Below are positions 51,290-64,000 of a stretch of 64,000 nt of DNA, piece by piece. The notes beneath the pieces were generated by a model. The model saw nothing but the letters and a program-made list of their open reading frames with translations, was not told where the DNA came from and did not search any database. How positions within the stretch are numbered: position 1 is the stretch's first letter; each line of letters starts with the position of its first letter. The translations under genes were made by a program, and so were the position numbers. This DNA is from Antedon mediterranea (Eukaryota > Animalia > Echinodermata), in assembly GCF_964355755.1 (NCBI RefSeq), contig NC_092673.1, forward strand, positions 11,194,948 to 11,258,947, in the 5' to 3' direction.

Positions 51290-52257
51290 GCTAATCAACC
51301 GTTCCACGCCGACTGCTTTGTGGAGTAACTTCCCGACTACGTGTATTTATTAAAAAAACATTGAATTGAAACATACTAATATCTTGTACTGTTATTATTT
51401 TTTATTTTGTGAATTACATCATTAGCGCGAGTATACTGTAGTATGGCTCGGATGATTATAAATACATTTGACAGAACGACGACGATTGATACACAGTGAC
51501 TAATTGAACTAGCTAGGCCTAGCCTAGATCATTCATCGCCCAGGCCGCAGACCTGGCGAAATGTACGTTCGTTCATGTAAGTACATCGTGATGTTTTTCT
51601 ACGTGGTTGCTGTGCGGCATGAATATCAATAAGAGGTTTTTATCTTGAAAAAATATTCTCGGCTAAATCGAACAAATTTATTTAATTCATGCAAGCTAGC
51701 TAGGCCTAGGCCTAGGCGTTCTTCAGGGGCAAGGTAACCACAAAGGCAGTTATGTTTAGGTCCAAATGGTAGGCCTACACTTACACTGTCAAAGCATGGA
51801 GGTACGTATAATTACGTCCATGGTAAAAGTAATGTTTTGCTTTATTAAAATCATTCACCTGAACAATGATAATATTATTAATAAAAAAAAATGTAAAAAA
51901 TTACACATATAAACCATCATTAAAATGAGTCTTATAAAGGTCAATATAGCAAATTTTTTCAGGGGCCTTCGGCCACTGAACCCCGAGCGGGGGCCCTTGG
52001 CGGCCCCCTGGCCCCCAGCCTAAGTTGCTCGCTTCGCTCGCAAGCTTAGTAAAAACCACCCTCAAAATTTTTTTTCCACCCTCAACAATTCTTAGCTACA
52101 ACCCTGCAATAGTAACAAAATAAGTATTTTTGAATTCCATATAAAGTGTAGAACGACATACTAAAAGTCACTGAAAATCCAAGCATTGGGTAAAAGGGTC
52201 AGAGGTCAATATAGGTCATTTTAAGTCAAAATTAATATGGACCATTAATTACATATA

Positions 52258-53683
52258 TTACATAGCCTATGTAAATACGCGAACGTGATTGGTTGAGACT
52301 GCATCACATGACTACCGCTGCGAGGATCGTAAATCGTATATATCCTCGAGAACGATGATATTGACTGAGTATTTTTTGCGTAATTATCGTGTCCCCTGTC
52401 ATTAATCATATAAATTCTCGAGTACGATGATATTGACTGTGTAAATTTCGTGTGGCACACTCGCGTTTGCCGATAAATAAACAAAAGTCATCTACTGGGT
52501 TTTGAACTCGCGATGAAATTGTCACTCCATCACAAGACAACGCTTCATGCGCTGCGCCACGGAACTTGCTTGAAGAAATTAATCATCTAAACTATTTAAA
52601 CTATGCATACATAGCGCCCTCATTTATTTTTAGTCCTCCCTAGCCGTGATGAAACACCGTTTGTAATAACTGGTACGCGCGCGACGCACTGAACATCCGG
52701 TGATTCGGCTCGAAGTATGAAGACGAATTATTATTTATTCGGCCTAGGCCTACCTGATAATATTATTATTAATGTAGGCTTATTGATGGAAATTCTTCTG
52801 TTATTATTTAAACGACCTAGGCTAGTGAATATTTCATTGCCAAGGAATCATTAATTACCGTAGTAATTATCTGTAAATTATTCTTCGAAAGGTAAGGTGT
52901 CTGGGCATCTTGTTTACATACATACAATACAAAAAGGAGGCCTAGCCTAGCTACCCGACCCAGCAGATATTCTACTTGTTGTTGGCTATGTAATACCCCT
53001 TTCACACCAAAAGCAAAACTCCGGAGACACCCCGGAGTTGACGCCCCGCTGTTTGGTGTGAAAGGTAAAATCAAGCAACTCCGGAGTTTAAAACTGCGGG
53101 GTTGAACAGCTGAACATTCTCCGGAGAGCGAACTGCGGGGACACCCCGGTGTTTTGGTGTGAAAGGTACCAACATCAAACTCCGGAGTGTTTTGGGTCAA
53201 AAGGTCATCCTCACACGATCACTCATTGCTTTAGTTTTATTTAAATATATAGCGGGTTTAAAAAATAATAAGTAGTATCAATAAAATATTATATTACTTC
53301 TGAGACTTTTGAAAGTAATTATTAAATTAAAAATATTGTTAATTAAAATTATTCTAATGATCGTTGCGATGTAAACAAAAAAAATAGAGGGCGACATTTA
53401 CAATTTTATTTTATAAACCCTGGTGTTGCTAGGTTGGTGTGAAAGGGGTATCTCCGGAGTTTCTCGACGTTTTGAATGGTCATAAACCCCGGGGTGTCTC
53501 CGGAGACACTCCGGAGTTTTGGTGTGAAAGGGGTATAATATAACAGATATCGCCTTTTATATCGGTAAAATATAAGAATAGACATCCCCTCGGGAATGAT
53601 ATTAAGTTCTTGGGAATTATATATTTCCCTCGGGGATGTCAAATCTTATATTTAACCTCTAAGCAGTCAATATCTGTATAATA
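52258..53683 (+). mobile_element. Family A copy 3, interrupted by a Harbinger MITE
   Basis: Homology to 11882-12823 on both sides of 52994-53535. Confidence 0.85.
52994..53535. mobile_element. PIF/Harbinger-type MITE, copy 2
   Basis: Same TIR as 32712-33275 with 3-bp TSD taa. Confidence 0.88.
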
Positions 53684-53826
53684 TTTAACCATTTGAAATA
53701 CATTATATATAAATGTGTGATTTATGTCATTCGAAAGCTTATTAAATTTCCTATTCATTGATATGACTTATTGTCATAACATTTTATTTAGAATGTCATT
53801 TTTGTGGAAAAACACAACATAATGTG

Positions 53827-54369
53827 TCAATTTTGGCTAAAAATGTATTTAGGATCGGTTTTCTTTTTGCAAAGACATTGTGTACAGTCAATATCATGTA
53901 TCTCAACATCCTCAGAAATCCTGGATGTGATTACATCAATTGCTATCGCATCGGTGTCCTCTTTAGGGTATCTTGACTCAGGGACACTGTGCAGAAGCAG
54001 ACAGTTTTGTCTGCTGCATTGCTCCAGGTCGTCCAGTTTGTCCGCCAAAGCACGATTTTGTGCCTCGAATACATCCTTTCGTCTACGAATATTGTCAATA
54101 TGGCCCGTAATGACCTCGTTGTCCATAGCAATACTACTGTAAACAATGTCGCTTACCTGATCAAAAACGGCTTCACTAATCGCAGATATAAGTACCTTGT
54201 TAGACATTATTGCTTTGAAAATTTTTTGTAATAACTCTGGAGACAATACATGGGTGCTGAAACTTGACGCTACAATTGAAACCAGTTCAGGGTCATCGGC
54301 TAAGATGTGTTGAATGGAGCTAGGCCCCTTCGAAGGTGATAATTCAGGCATCATTGTTGACGGTGTCAA
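53827..54369 (-). pseudogene. Non-LTR retrotransposon ORF1-like fragment (coiled coil + RRM start)
   Basis: KLDDLEQCSRQNCLLLHSVPES..EDTD resembles the LEQYSRRNNL.I.GVPE motif of CR1/L2-group ORF1. Confidence 0.65.
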
Positions 54370-56690
54370 CAGACCTGGTGATTGAAAAGGTTCCTATGAC
54401 AAGAGGTAGAGGAATGAGTACATCAAGACCAAATCTGCGCTGAAATGAATGTAATGCCTTGCAATAGTATTAGGGCGTTACTCCAGCAGTGACCAATATA
54501 AGACCTTACAGTATGGCCACACGCCAGGGACACGATGACAATTCAAAAATCCATTTGGTTACAACTCATACCATTTACACGGGCGTTACTGCAGGTGACT
54601 TGGTTGATATTGACAATGTGGTATTACGCATTGAATATTTTGGACGGATGTTAGGCCAGAAGGTCTTGCAATGTATTGAAGATCCTGGCAATAAAGTCAT
54701 ATGTACAGACCTTGATTTAAAAGGAGCGCCATGGCGCTGACGCTCCTTGGCGCTCCTGAAAACGATCAAAGGAGCGCCTAAAATAGCGCTCCCCAACCTG
54801 TTACAGTGCGTCATAAAAATATATATAATGATAAGAATATTAACCCCGAATACAACACACAGTCTATATATAGTCGCGCAAACGATCTTTGTTATGGCTA
54901 CCCCCGATAGGCTAGGCGCGCCTACGATCTTTGATGAAAAATATCGTAGACAATTCATTCTAAATATAGTATCAGAACGTTCAATCGGTAGCTCAAAAAG
55001 ACTGCCGTCAGAAGACCGTAATTATACAGACCTAGTTTTTGTGGTCACATGGCATGAAACGCGATACTCTCTGCTTTACCGCAACATCTCACATGTTTTT
55101 TTTTTAACTCAGTATGTGAGGGTGGCTGCCGACGATAAACAGTAATTAAGATCGTGTACCTGGATTTTGTGTCACATGACATGAAACATAATACTCTCTC
55201 TGATCTTATTAACTGCTCACATGTTTTCCCCTCCAAATTCTGGTCGGGCCTTTTCTTATACACATGTCGCCTTTATGTTAAATCTTATAGTAATTAATAT
55301 GGAATATATATTTATTTTGCATATATTTTGTTGGTGTCCTAGCCTAGGTGTCGTTGTTTTTATAATTCGCTAACCCAAGGTAGGATTAAATAATTTATAG
55401 TGTAGGCCGCCGAAACTAGACTAGATAGATAGCCTCGACTCTCTCTAGCTCTCTCTGCGTGAGCTGAGAGGTCCACGGACCCGATGTCGTCTCGTCGGCG
55501 GATTTCCGTCCAAATTAGGATAACCGATGCGTAGGCCTAGCTAGGATGGCTACAAAAATTGACGTCTACTATCTTTAGATAGGATTTTAATTAGCAAACA
55601 ATAGCAAAACAAGGCGATGACAATGGTGTTTACTAACCCTACAAACGAACCACCCTACGATCGACGCGTAGATAATTATCATAACAATACATCGTAGACT
55701 ACGTTCAGAGAACAATGACCTACGATGAATTTTACGTGCGAGAGTACCATTTCCGGCCATCTAGAGGTGTCATTTATCAAAATTCGGCTCGTCACAGGCC
55801 CAACTATGGTGGGCCTGTGCCTCGAATACTTAATCAAAATAATGGCTCTCCTCAACATATTGAGGAGAGCCATTAGGAGCTCTCCTCTTATATTTATAAA
55901 TCAAGGTCTGTATGTACATATAGGCAAATATGTGTGCATCGATCCTATAGTTTCAGCAGGGACTCATGGTGACAACAAGGAAGTTTTTGAACATGAACTT
56001 TGTTATTCACCAGCATTTTTTTAAACTACCAACTTAAAATACTTGCAGCTAATAAACCAACATGATGCCATGTGGAAACAACTTCTTATTCTTTCTGAAT
56101 AGTCCAACACATCCAACTCACCGAATGATGTCCAGTAGGCCTAAATTCTAGGTGGTGGTGCACAAAATTCCATGGAATAGTGTAGAGACTTATGATGCGA
56201 TCTGCAAACAAATATTGCTCTGCCATCATAGTCTTTGATGGTTATAAAAGCGGCTCATCTACTAAAGATGGCGCACATGGTAAGGCGGGTCATGTGGTAG
56301 TGTCCCTGAACATTTTACCAGTGACAATCATGATTTGTTCCACAAAAAAGGATCACTTTCTGTAACAAACAACACTTTATAAATCTTCTAGTATTTTGAA
56401 CAACATAAGTGAACATGAACATGAGTGAATGCAGCTGCTGATGCAGATGTTCTTTTGGATAGTAGAAAAAACCACTGAATCAGAAAACCGGAAAACACTG
56501 TCATTATCTGATGACACGGATCTACTAGTGCTCCAATGGAGTCAAGCATTTAAAACATCTTGTGATATTCTTTAGACTGGAACTGAGATGCTGGATCAAA
56601 CTGGTTCAAACAGTACTTTTGAGAGACATCTGTGATAAACTTCTGTTTGCTCATGTGACACTGGTGACATCCAGAGTTTTCAGAATTGGA
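54368..56690 (+). pseudogene. Heavily degraded Academ transposase/XPG region, split by the 54706-55910 insertion
   Basis: Frameshifted motifs TDLVIEKV..TRGRGM, IYTGVTA..VDID, EVFEHELC..PA, VFDGYKSGSSTKD..H, ADADV, DDTDLLVL. Confidence 0.7.
54706..55910. mobile_element. Non-autonomous element with CAG termini and 6-bp TSD (hAT6-like)
   Basis: 14-bp perfect TIR cagaccttgattta. TSD tatgta at 54700-54705 and 55911-55916. Confidence 0.78.
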
Positions 56691-57171
56691 ATATACTTTC
56701 AAAATACAGTATATAATAATATAATATATATATAAGCATAACTTAGTGTTACGTTATTTTAAGAAAAATTGAGTTTTCGTAAAAGGTCAATGACCTCAGG
56801 GAACGAATAGTTAATGACCTCTATAGTAACATAACAACTGTTGTATCAATTAGTTTTAGAGTAAGAAATATATACAGATTTGTAGTTATTTAGATGTTAC
56901 TGGCAGGCATAAATGTTACCAACTACTACACTACCTGTTGTTGATATCAATTTACCATTATTATAGGATTATTTTTTATTTAATAAGACGTTCTTTTACG
57001 TCGTCCTCCCCTAACCGTCGTATTTGGTAAAGTCCCTTGTATTCCGAGAGGCTGCTTAATTATCACAATCACAAAAATAATGTTTTTCATATAACACCAA
57101 TTAAAAAGAAATATTAGTAAACATATAGAGGATATGTAAAGGTTATTGTTATATTTTTAGGTAATACTTAC

Positions 57172-57323
57172 TTTATACTTTCCCAATGGAATTCTGTAAT
57201 TTCCAGTTTCTTACATATTGACATGCCCGCCCATATTCCCAGAGCATTGCAGAGAAAAATGTCCAGAAGAATTGAATCCCACCAACATTCAGCAAAATTG
57301 GGCAACAGATGTGCAAAAAATAC
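57172..57323 (-). CDS. PTDSS1: Phosphatidylserine synthase 1 exon ([50 protein letters not shown])
   Basis: catcag acceptor and gtaagt donor, 152 nt. Contains the [17 protein letters not shown] motif. No upstream exon was found in the window. Confidence 0.96.
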
Positions 57324-57899
57324 CTGATGAGAAAATGTATTATTATTATTTATTCAGGCAAAAGATACATTTTACAAAATATAATACAATCAACAAATTA
57401 AATGAAAGAACTCAGAAACTGAGTGAAGTACTTGGCAAAATATATCCACTGACTGACTCGGAGCATGTTGAAAGATACATTTTTTTGCTTTAGGTATTAG
57501 CTTTACATTGTTAAAATCCTGCTGGGGTTAATAATTTGTTTAAATAATTTTTTGATACAAACAATTCCGGCATTGCAACAATGACCTTTCTAAAATCAAG
57601 ATTGACCAGAATAACGATCGAAGAGTGTCTTGAAGCTGTGCCGATTTGCGGCGCCTCTGCCTTAACCCATGTAGTAAGCTTAACCGCTTGACCAGTCGAC
57701 TAATGTTTTGGTCCATATCAAAGAATATGTCCATGTTAAAAGAAGACAGAATGCGTGCTATTTAATATATCGTACGAAAGATAAGCTTTTGTGACAAACA
57801 ATATATCAATTTACCTGAAAATCAAGAGGCATGTTCTGTAAGTATATACCTATGTACAGAAATAAGGAAGGACACACACTGGTACCAACAAAACTAATT

Positions 57900-58409
57900 A
57901 TCAACTAACAATAGTTTAATTTGAATAACAATAGAACAGCAACGCCAAAAACAAACGGGTGAATTTGAAAAGAAATAGGTTTTTTAAAACTACTCGTATG
58001 AAAAAGCCGGTACATTGAATCAAATTTTGTTTTAAAATTACAAATCACAAATTATAACCCTTGCCTCTTGTCCAAAAATGATGTTTTTTGGACAAGTAGT
58101 TCTCGAGAAAATGTAATTTCAGTTTACGTGTTACTTTAAAACTGCTCACCGGCTTTTGAAAATTGTCTCCTATCTTTTAACACTAGCCGGTCTGAAAATA
58201 ATATCATTTTTGTTATTTGTGAAGTTATCAATAAACCAATTTTGTTGATTTTCAATAGGCATGGTCTGAAAGTATATACCTATCTACACGCAAAAATTCA
58301 GAATGATAACTTGAAAACTGTAGGCGCTATCGTGCTAACAAACATACAAACATACAAACAAACAAACAAAGTAAATACTATACTTGGCAAAATTCTTTTT
58401 GCCAAGTAA
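57900..58409 (-). mobile_element. Partial Helentron-like element
   Basis: Terminal hairpin tacttggcaaaa/ttttgccaagta next to (CAAA)n. 57900-58110 is an inverted homologue of 59060-59265. Confidence 0.6.
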
Positions 58410-58780
58410 CAAACACAACGCAAGAAAAAAATATAAAATCAGTCACTAGCTGCCAGGAAAGCACAAAATCAGCCTAAGCCACTCTCACCAATTAGGTGTG
58501 TACATCCAACCAGTTACTAATTATTACAAATAATATAAATAATATAGATGATGATAAAGTTAATATCTTAAGATAACTTATTTGATATTAAGCCTATAGT
58601 TTATATATGTAAATGCTAAATTAAATTATAAATAAACAACTATAAAATAAAACTAGAATTATAGGTATTTTTATAATTTTACTGATATTTAACTTTTTTT
58701 TAAACATGCATGTACAGTACTACTTTTTAACTTCAAGCAACTAGCCATTTCATAACGTCACAACATCCGATAGGATTAAT

Positions 58781-59442
58781 TTATCTCCGCCAAGGAGGTA
58801 TATGTAATCGGTAGCGTGTGTTTGTTTGTTTGTTTGCAGGATTACTCAAAAAGTAATTACAAGATCTTTACCAAAATGAATATACGGATAGATATGTGGT
58901 CAAGGACCATCCCATTAAATTTCGGGACCATTTGGGACCATGGTCCCAATTCTGGACCACTTTTTCGGTATACTGTTCAGACCTGCTAGTGTTAAAAAAT
59001 AGGACAGAATTTTCCAAAAGCTGGCGAGCAGTCTTATAGTAACAAATAAACTAAAATTGAATTTTCTCGAGAACTACTTGTCCAAAAAACTTCATTTTTG
59101 TGCAAGAGGTATAATTTGTGATTTGTAAATTTAAAACATAATTTGATTTAATGTGCACGTTTTTTTGATGCGAGTAGTTTAAAAAACCTATTTCTTTTCA
59201 AATTCACTCGTTTGATTTTCACGTTGCTATTCTATTGTTAGTCAACTGAAGCTATTGTTAATTGAAAGGGTTGTTACATAACCAAACTCGCATACACATG
59301 CTTGTAGTGAAATTAGCCTAAATCACAAACAGCATTAAGACACACACAAATATATATATATATTTCTTTGTTACCGGAGAAATCTTATGCAGGAGAATTT
59401 TACAGTAGGCGGAGGTATGCACTCTCGGAGTGTCTTTCTAGT
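58781..59442 (+). mobile_element. Complete Helentron-associated (DINE-1/HINE-like) element nested in an older one
   Basis: 5' ttatctccgccaaggaggta with (TTTG)n. 3' ggcggaggta, stem-loop cactctcggagtg and ctagt. Inserted in a T-run whose flanks match the reverse complement of 14090-14190. Confidence 0.78.
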
Positions 59443-59559
59443 TTTTATATGAATTCATATCTACATTTCATCAGCTTTTATAATAAATTTTAGTTATGCT
59501 TATTTTGAATCTATTATAGCTCCTCAGGATCAATGGTGACTCCCCAATTTTTTTTATTA

Positions 59560-60165
59560 ATAATATTTTATTTTTTATTTATTTAGGTTTAAAAACACAT
59601 ACAAAACAGCAGCCATTGGGTGATAACGTTTGTTTACAATCAATATACATATATAATTTAAAGTAAAAGAGGCACAATTATAAACACTATAGAAAAAAAT
59701 ATATATATTATAAAACACAAAATACAATATTATTCGTTCATAAAATTAAGTACGTCATTATTATTATTATTATTTAAGATTATTATAAGTATATACATTA
59801 TTAAAATTATTATATAAAAAGTCGAAAGGCATCGAGAAAGTGAGAAATAATCGTGGAAATCAACACATATCAGTTAGCATTAATAAACTTAACAATCGTA
59901 GGTATGGCAGACCTTTGATATTGTTAAGTTTTACACCTGGGGAGAAGGAGACTTCCGGTACTAGTTGTATTAGACCTAAGGGTTCTCTTCTGCATGTGGC
60001 AAGGAGGTAGCATGTCTCGAAAACAGTTGGGACTTGAGTATTCCCCCTGCCAAAGGACAACACAAGAGTGTCTCTCCTTGCCTCGAGAGAAGGTAACCCT
60101 GTAACCTCTAGGGCATTGTCATAGGAAATGTAGGTAGCACCTAACATTATTCGATATGTAAGCAA
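59560..60165 (-). mobile_element. 3' fragment of a non-LTR retrotransposon
   Basis: RIMLG..YISYDNALEVTGLPSLEARR post-RT motif and (TAAA)n-like tail. Confidence 0.65.
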
Positions 60166-60184
60166 GATATGTTGTAGATATGAA

Positions 60185-60790
60185 TTCATGCAGAATCTTT
60201 ACCTCTCGGATGTTCTGACATCATCGTATGGCCACACGAATGTAAAATATAGGATTTTTGTCTGTTTCGTTATTTCTCATTACATTCAATAGAGCGCATC
60301 ATGCTTATCCGTATTCCATTTTCCCCGAGATTTTGAAATTGTCTAGGTCAATCAACTATCTTTCGCAAGATTTACAAATATTTTAATTTTTATGACGTCA
60401 TCATGTAAAAATATTTTAATAACATAGGTTACTTTATTTTGATCTTTACAGTCAATTTCAATCTGTTATAACTCGTCAGAATAAAAAGTGATAATTAATC
60501 ATGATTAAAACGTTTTCTGTAGATGTGAATTCTGTTAACATTTTGCCAATCAGATGTTGTGACGTCATCATATGGCCAGTTGAGTAAAAAAATTTGTATT
60601 TTCATATTTTGCGTCATACTTCATCACATTTAAAAGAGCGCGCATTTATATTTTACGCATTCACATTTCTTCTACATGTTAATATGTTGTTGCTGAGATA
60701 ATTTCCTTCCGAAATTGCTACCTTCACGTTTCATTTTGAAACCGTCAACATGTTAAAAATTGGAATAAATAGCGGGTTCCATAATTTCAC
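60185..60790 (+). mobile_element. Internal fragment of the Helentron-like family
   Basis: Similar to 13780-14390 (cattcaatagagcgcatc, gatgttgtgacgtcatcatatggccagttga). Confidence 0.6.
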
Positions 60791-60793
60791 CTA

Positions 60794-60948
60794 CCGTATA
60801 TTTCGGTGTATAAGTCGCACCTGTGTATAAGACGCACCCCCTACTGAGAGTAAAATATGGGTATTTTTTATATCGTCGATGTATAAGACGCACCTTATAT
60901 TTCATCAAAACAATTTTTTTTTAAATTGTAATCAATATTATTGTAATA
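60794..60948 (+). mobile_element. Left end of the pogo-type MITE family, truncated
   Basis: Near-identical to 39848-40003, then abuts a caggggcggatccagga element end. Confidence 0.75.
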
Positions 60949-61594
60949 CAGGGGCGGATCCAGGATTTTGTGAAAGGTGGGGCGCAACTGTAGGGAGTCC
61001 ACACCAAGTCAGCCCGACCATGGTTGGGGCTGAGTTGAGGCGATTTTGAAAATGTAAAACCTCTAGATGGTCGGAAATGGCACTCTCACGTTAAATAAAT
61101 GTATTAAAAATTGATATTTTAAATATGAAAACTGAGGTACTCTATTTTGAGTAAAGCGTCACAACAGGGCATTTCGCGCAAGTCAGCGTTTGCACGTACA
61201 TGGCGGAAAAGGTGCTTTTCCAAGGCCGTCGACAGGACCTGTGGTGGTGAAGAGAACTTTGTTAAATGACGCCCCAGATGACCGGAAGAAATGGTACTCT
61301 CGCACATAAAATTCATGATAAATGGCACCTCTAATTTGCAGGAAAAGACACTCATAATAATGCAGCATGCTACCAATGAGCAAAACGATCATACTTTTTC
61401 CCTCCAATAAACACACGTGACTAATTACAGGACGATATAACATTTTGTTGCCGATTTCATTCACTCAGTATTTAGTTTTGATTGCGTTCAAGTTCCATGT
61501 GAACGTCCATCTAGGGGAAGCCCCGCAAATTTAATGCTTATTATGGCTCAATATTTATTTACATCAATTTGTTGAAGAAATTACACAAGCCAGA

Positions 61595-63100
61595 AATGGT
61601 GTTGGTAGTCTATATAAGTGCTAGCTTACCTGGATAAACCGACAAATGCCATATTTCTCCTCAAAGAGCGAGATATACTCGAAAGTAGAAAATTCATTGA
61701 ACACCTCTTTCTCTAAATGGTACAGTCCACAAACCTCAAGTGGGAACATCCCTACAATTCACCATCATGGTGAATTGTAGGGATGTTCCTGTTCTGTCCT
61801 TAGACTGGGCCACGACCAACCAATTGTCGAGATACATCGATACTTATGCCATGTAAAAGAATGTCGACAGCATTCTTACTATGCGTGTAAACACGCAAGG
61901 GCCGTTGGTCGGCCGGACGGCAAAACTACGGATTGGTAAGTTGGTCATGGATTCTGAAACGCAACCAGCGTTGATCTGCCTCGGCGATAGGGACGTGAAA
62001 GTATGGGTCTTTCAGATCTATCAAGGCCGCCCAGTCTTCTCATCTTGGCCCCAACAGGATGGATGAGACTGTCTCCACCTAAACCTGTGGGCCGAAAGAA
62101 CTGCTAGTCTAGACTCATAAGGTTCAGTATGGGTCGCCATCGCCTGTTTTTGTCTCAGTTAGGAAGACGGTAGACTCGTGTCCTGAGACAGCGCATTGTA
62201 TGTCGACTTGTTCCACTGCCACTTTTTGGGCAAAAAAGGAAGACCGTGCAGATGCACACAACTCTTTTGTGGCTCTGGCGGTATCCTTGTCGAGCGAGCT
62301 TCGCGCTTACTAGGCTCGTACTGTTAATTAACATAATGCAATAGCTGTGTGTAATTGTGGAGAGAAACCACCTGCTCTCCAGCAAATCATCTTAGGCGAA
62401 CCCCCCATTTGTCTGACCTTCGGAGGGTACAGACTCCACCAGCATGTCACCAGTACCTGCAATCTCTGTTACTTTGCAATCTTGGTGTTGAACGTGCAGC
62501 CCTGTCTGATCTGCCTCGTGCAGGATACAGATTGTGGGCGTGAAAAGTCTGAAATTTAGACAGACTTGTGGTGGCGGGCATGGGAGCGAGCACAGTGGCA
62601 CCATCGGCGTGGGACCAAAAGCTATAATGGTTGCACTCTCTTTTTCTAGCAACCTCATCAGCAGCCAACAGGATACATGTGTACAAGGTGGCCTGCTGCT
62701 TCTGCTTAACTCATACCGTAAGCAGTGTAGCCTTGATTTGTAGGTCCATGTGTTCTCCTTCAAGCTATACACTACTAGGGTGAACCTAGGTGCGTCAACT
62801 AGTAGTGCTGTCTGTGAAATCATTGTGGTTGCATCAAAGGCATACCAGTAGCTCAACACTGTGCGTACCTGCATTACTCAACAGGTAAATGCAGAAGTGC
62901 AATCTTGTTAGAAGGAAGGCATAAAGGCTCGCGATCAAAAGATTAAGCCTGTTAACTGAATCGACAATCCAGGAGAATGACTGGATAAATTGGGGCCTTC
63001 CTGAGCGGTGTATGTACAGCAAGTGAACAACACAAGCAACGCAGGAATGATAATTATTATTCTAACCTGCAAAAACCTACCCGTCGCCCAGCAGAAGATA
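61595..63100 (-). mobile_element. Second degraded DIRS-type element (LTR end + coding remnants)
   Basis: ggtgttggtagtctatataagtgctagcttacctggataaaccgaca matches the 28559-28604 terminus. GC-richer frameshifted coding-like remnants follow. Far boundary uncertain. Confidence 0.6.
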
Positions 63101-64000
63101 GGGTCGTCATTGTCGTAACCTGTAACAAGCCATGATCAATGACAAGGGAAGGCAATACCGATAAGTACGGCCTGAAGGGAGGAATATTTTGGAGAGGATA
63201 ACGAGGCTTCAATTTGCCTCAAGAGAGCTCTCAACACTGTTGAAATGGCCTCTTTTTGCCCGATTTCTGTTTTCTTGACTTACTTTTCAACTCGAAATTA
63301 CGTTATACGAGCACGTCAAAAGTGACAGGCTACGCACGTGTAAATTTTAAAAAAATAAATGTTTTTAAACATTTCAACATTTTTAAACATGTTCAGTAAT
63401 TTCGGTCAGTTGGTAGGTTGGTCGGTCGGTCGGTAAACACTAATGAGCACGCGACTGCAGCCATCTATATGGCCTTGCATTATTCCCACCTCTGTGCATA
63501 GTATATATTTAAGAAAAACATATGGTTTTTTTATAAATTGCAAAAAAATACTAATTGAGATAATTGTGTAATTATTTTTGTGGTGGGTGATAAGTAAAGG
63601 GTTAGTCTACAGTTAGGTATAAAAAAAAAAAAATTTGCATATTGATGACGTCATGTGACGTCATTACAGGTATTTTGGATTTCGTGTTTTTTATCGAATC
63701 AATGATAAAAACTATATTTTCTATAAGAAATTCTTATTGAATACGTTTTTCCAACTGGATATTGATGAAGATACGTATAACAAATAAAAATATATTTAAA
63801 AAATGAATTATTTTTATTGTTTTATAAAAATTATGCACAAATCAAAGTTTTTGGGCAAAATCGTGAAAATAATGACATTTTCCAAAAATTCACTGTAGTA
63901 CAAAAACTAACTATTGTTTCAATTTTTGTGTGTTGTGTGTGTTTGTGTTGTGATAAACATGATGTTGCCCTATTGGGGCGGATAAATTTGTGTTACTTTC

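Larger units (their letters stand above)
49688..52106 (+). mobile_element. Internally deleted hAT element with 5-bp TSD (hAT5-like)
   Basis: TIR caggg(a/t)tgta. TSD caata at 49683-49687 and 52107-52111. Retains the transposase first exon and C-terminus. Confidence 0.82.
48964..57037. mobile_element. Candidate large TIR element hosting several nested insertions
   Basis: agggactttacgaaacacaacgg at 48964 is an imperfect inverted match to ccgtcgtatttggtaaagtccct ending at 57037. No clear TSD. Confidence 0.35.

Noticed and set aside
57640-57705. tRNA/SINE head on the minus strand (tggtcaagcggttaag)
   Set aside because: A-box-like motif only, with no clear B box or tail.

Overview
AT-rich eukaryotic genomic DNA. 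An invertebrate metazoan is likely, and an echinoderm-like host is a guess from composition and the TE repertoire. One host gene is clear: the last seven coding exons of phosphatidylserine synthase 1 (PTDSS1) on the minus strand, 57323 down to 11007, with canonical GT-AG sites and consistent phases. Its upstream exons appear to lie beyond the window. The introns and flanks are a dense, nested TE landscape: an intact single-ORF L2-type LINE (APE+RT, 1039 aa), DIRS-type tyrosine-recombinase retroelements, several Academ derivatives (including a ~3.9 kb foldback carrying inverted copies of its transposase 3' end), hAT-like elements with 5- and 6-bp TSDs, 10-bp-TSD GGGTGT foldback elements, Harbinger, Kolobok, pogo-type and P-like MITEs, Helentron-type non-autonomous elements and minisatellites. 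I found no prokaryotic-type system, CRISPR array, rRNA or intact tRNA. The most unusual signals concern TE architecture. All family assignments come from manual motif, TIR and TSD reading, not database searches.
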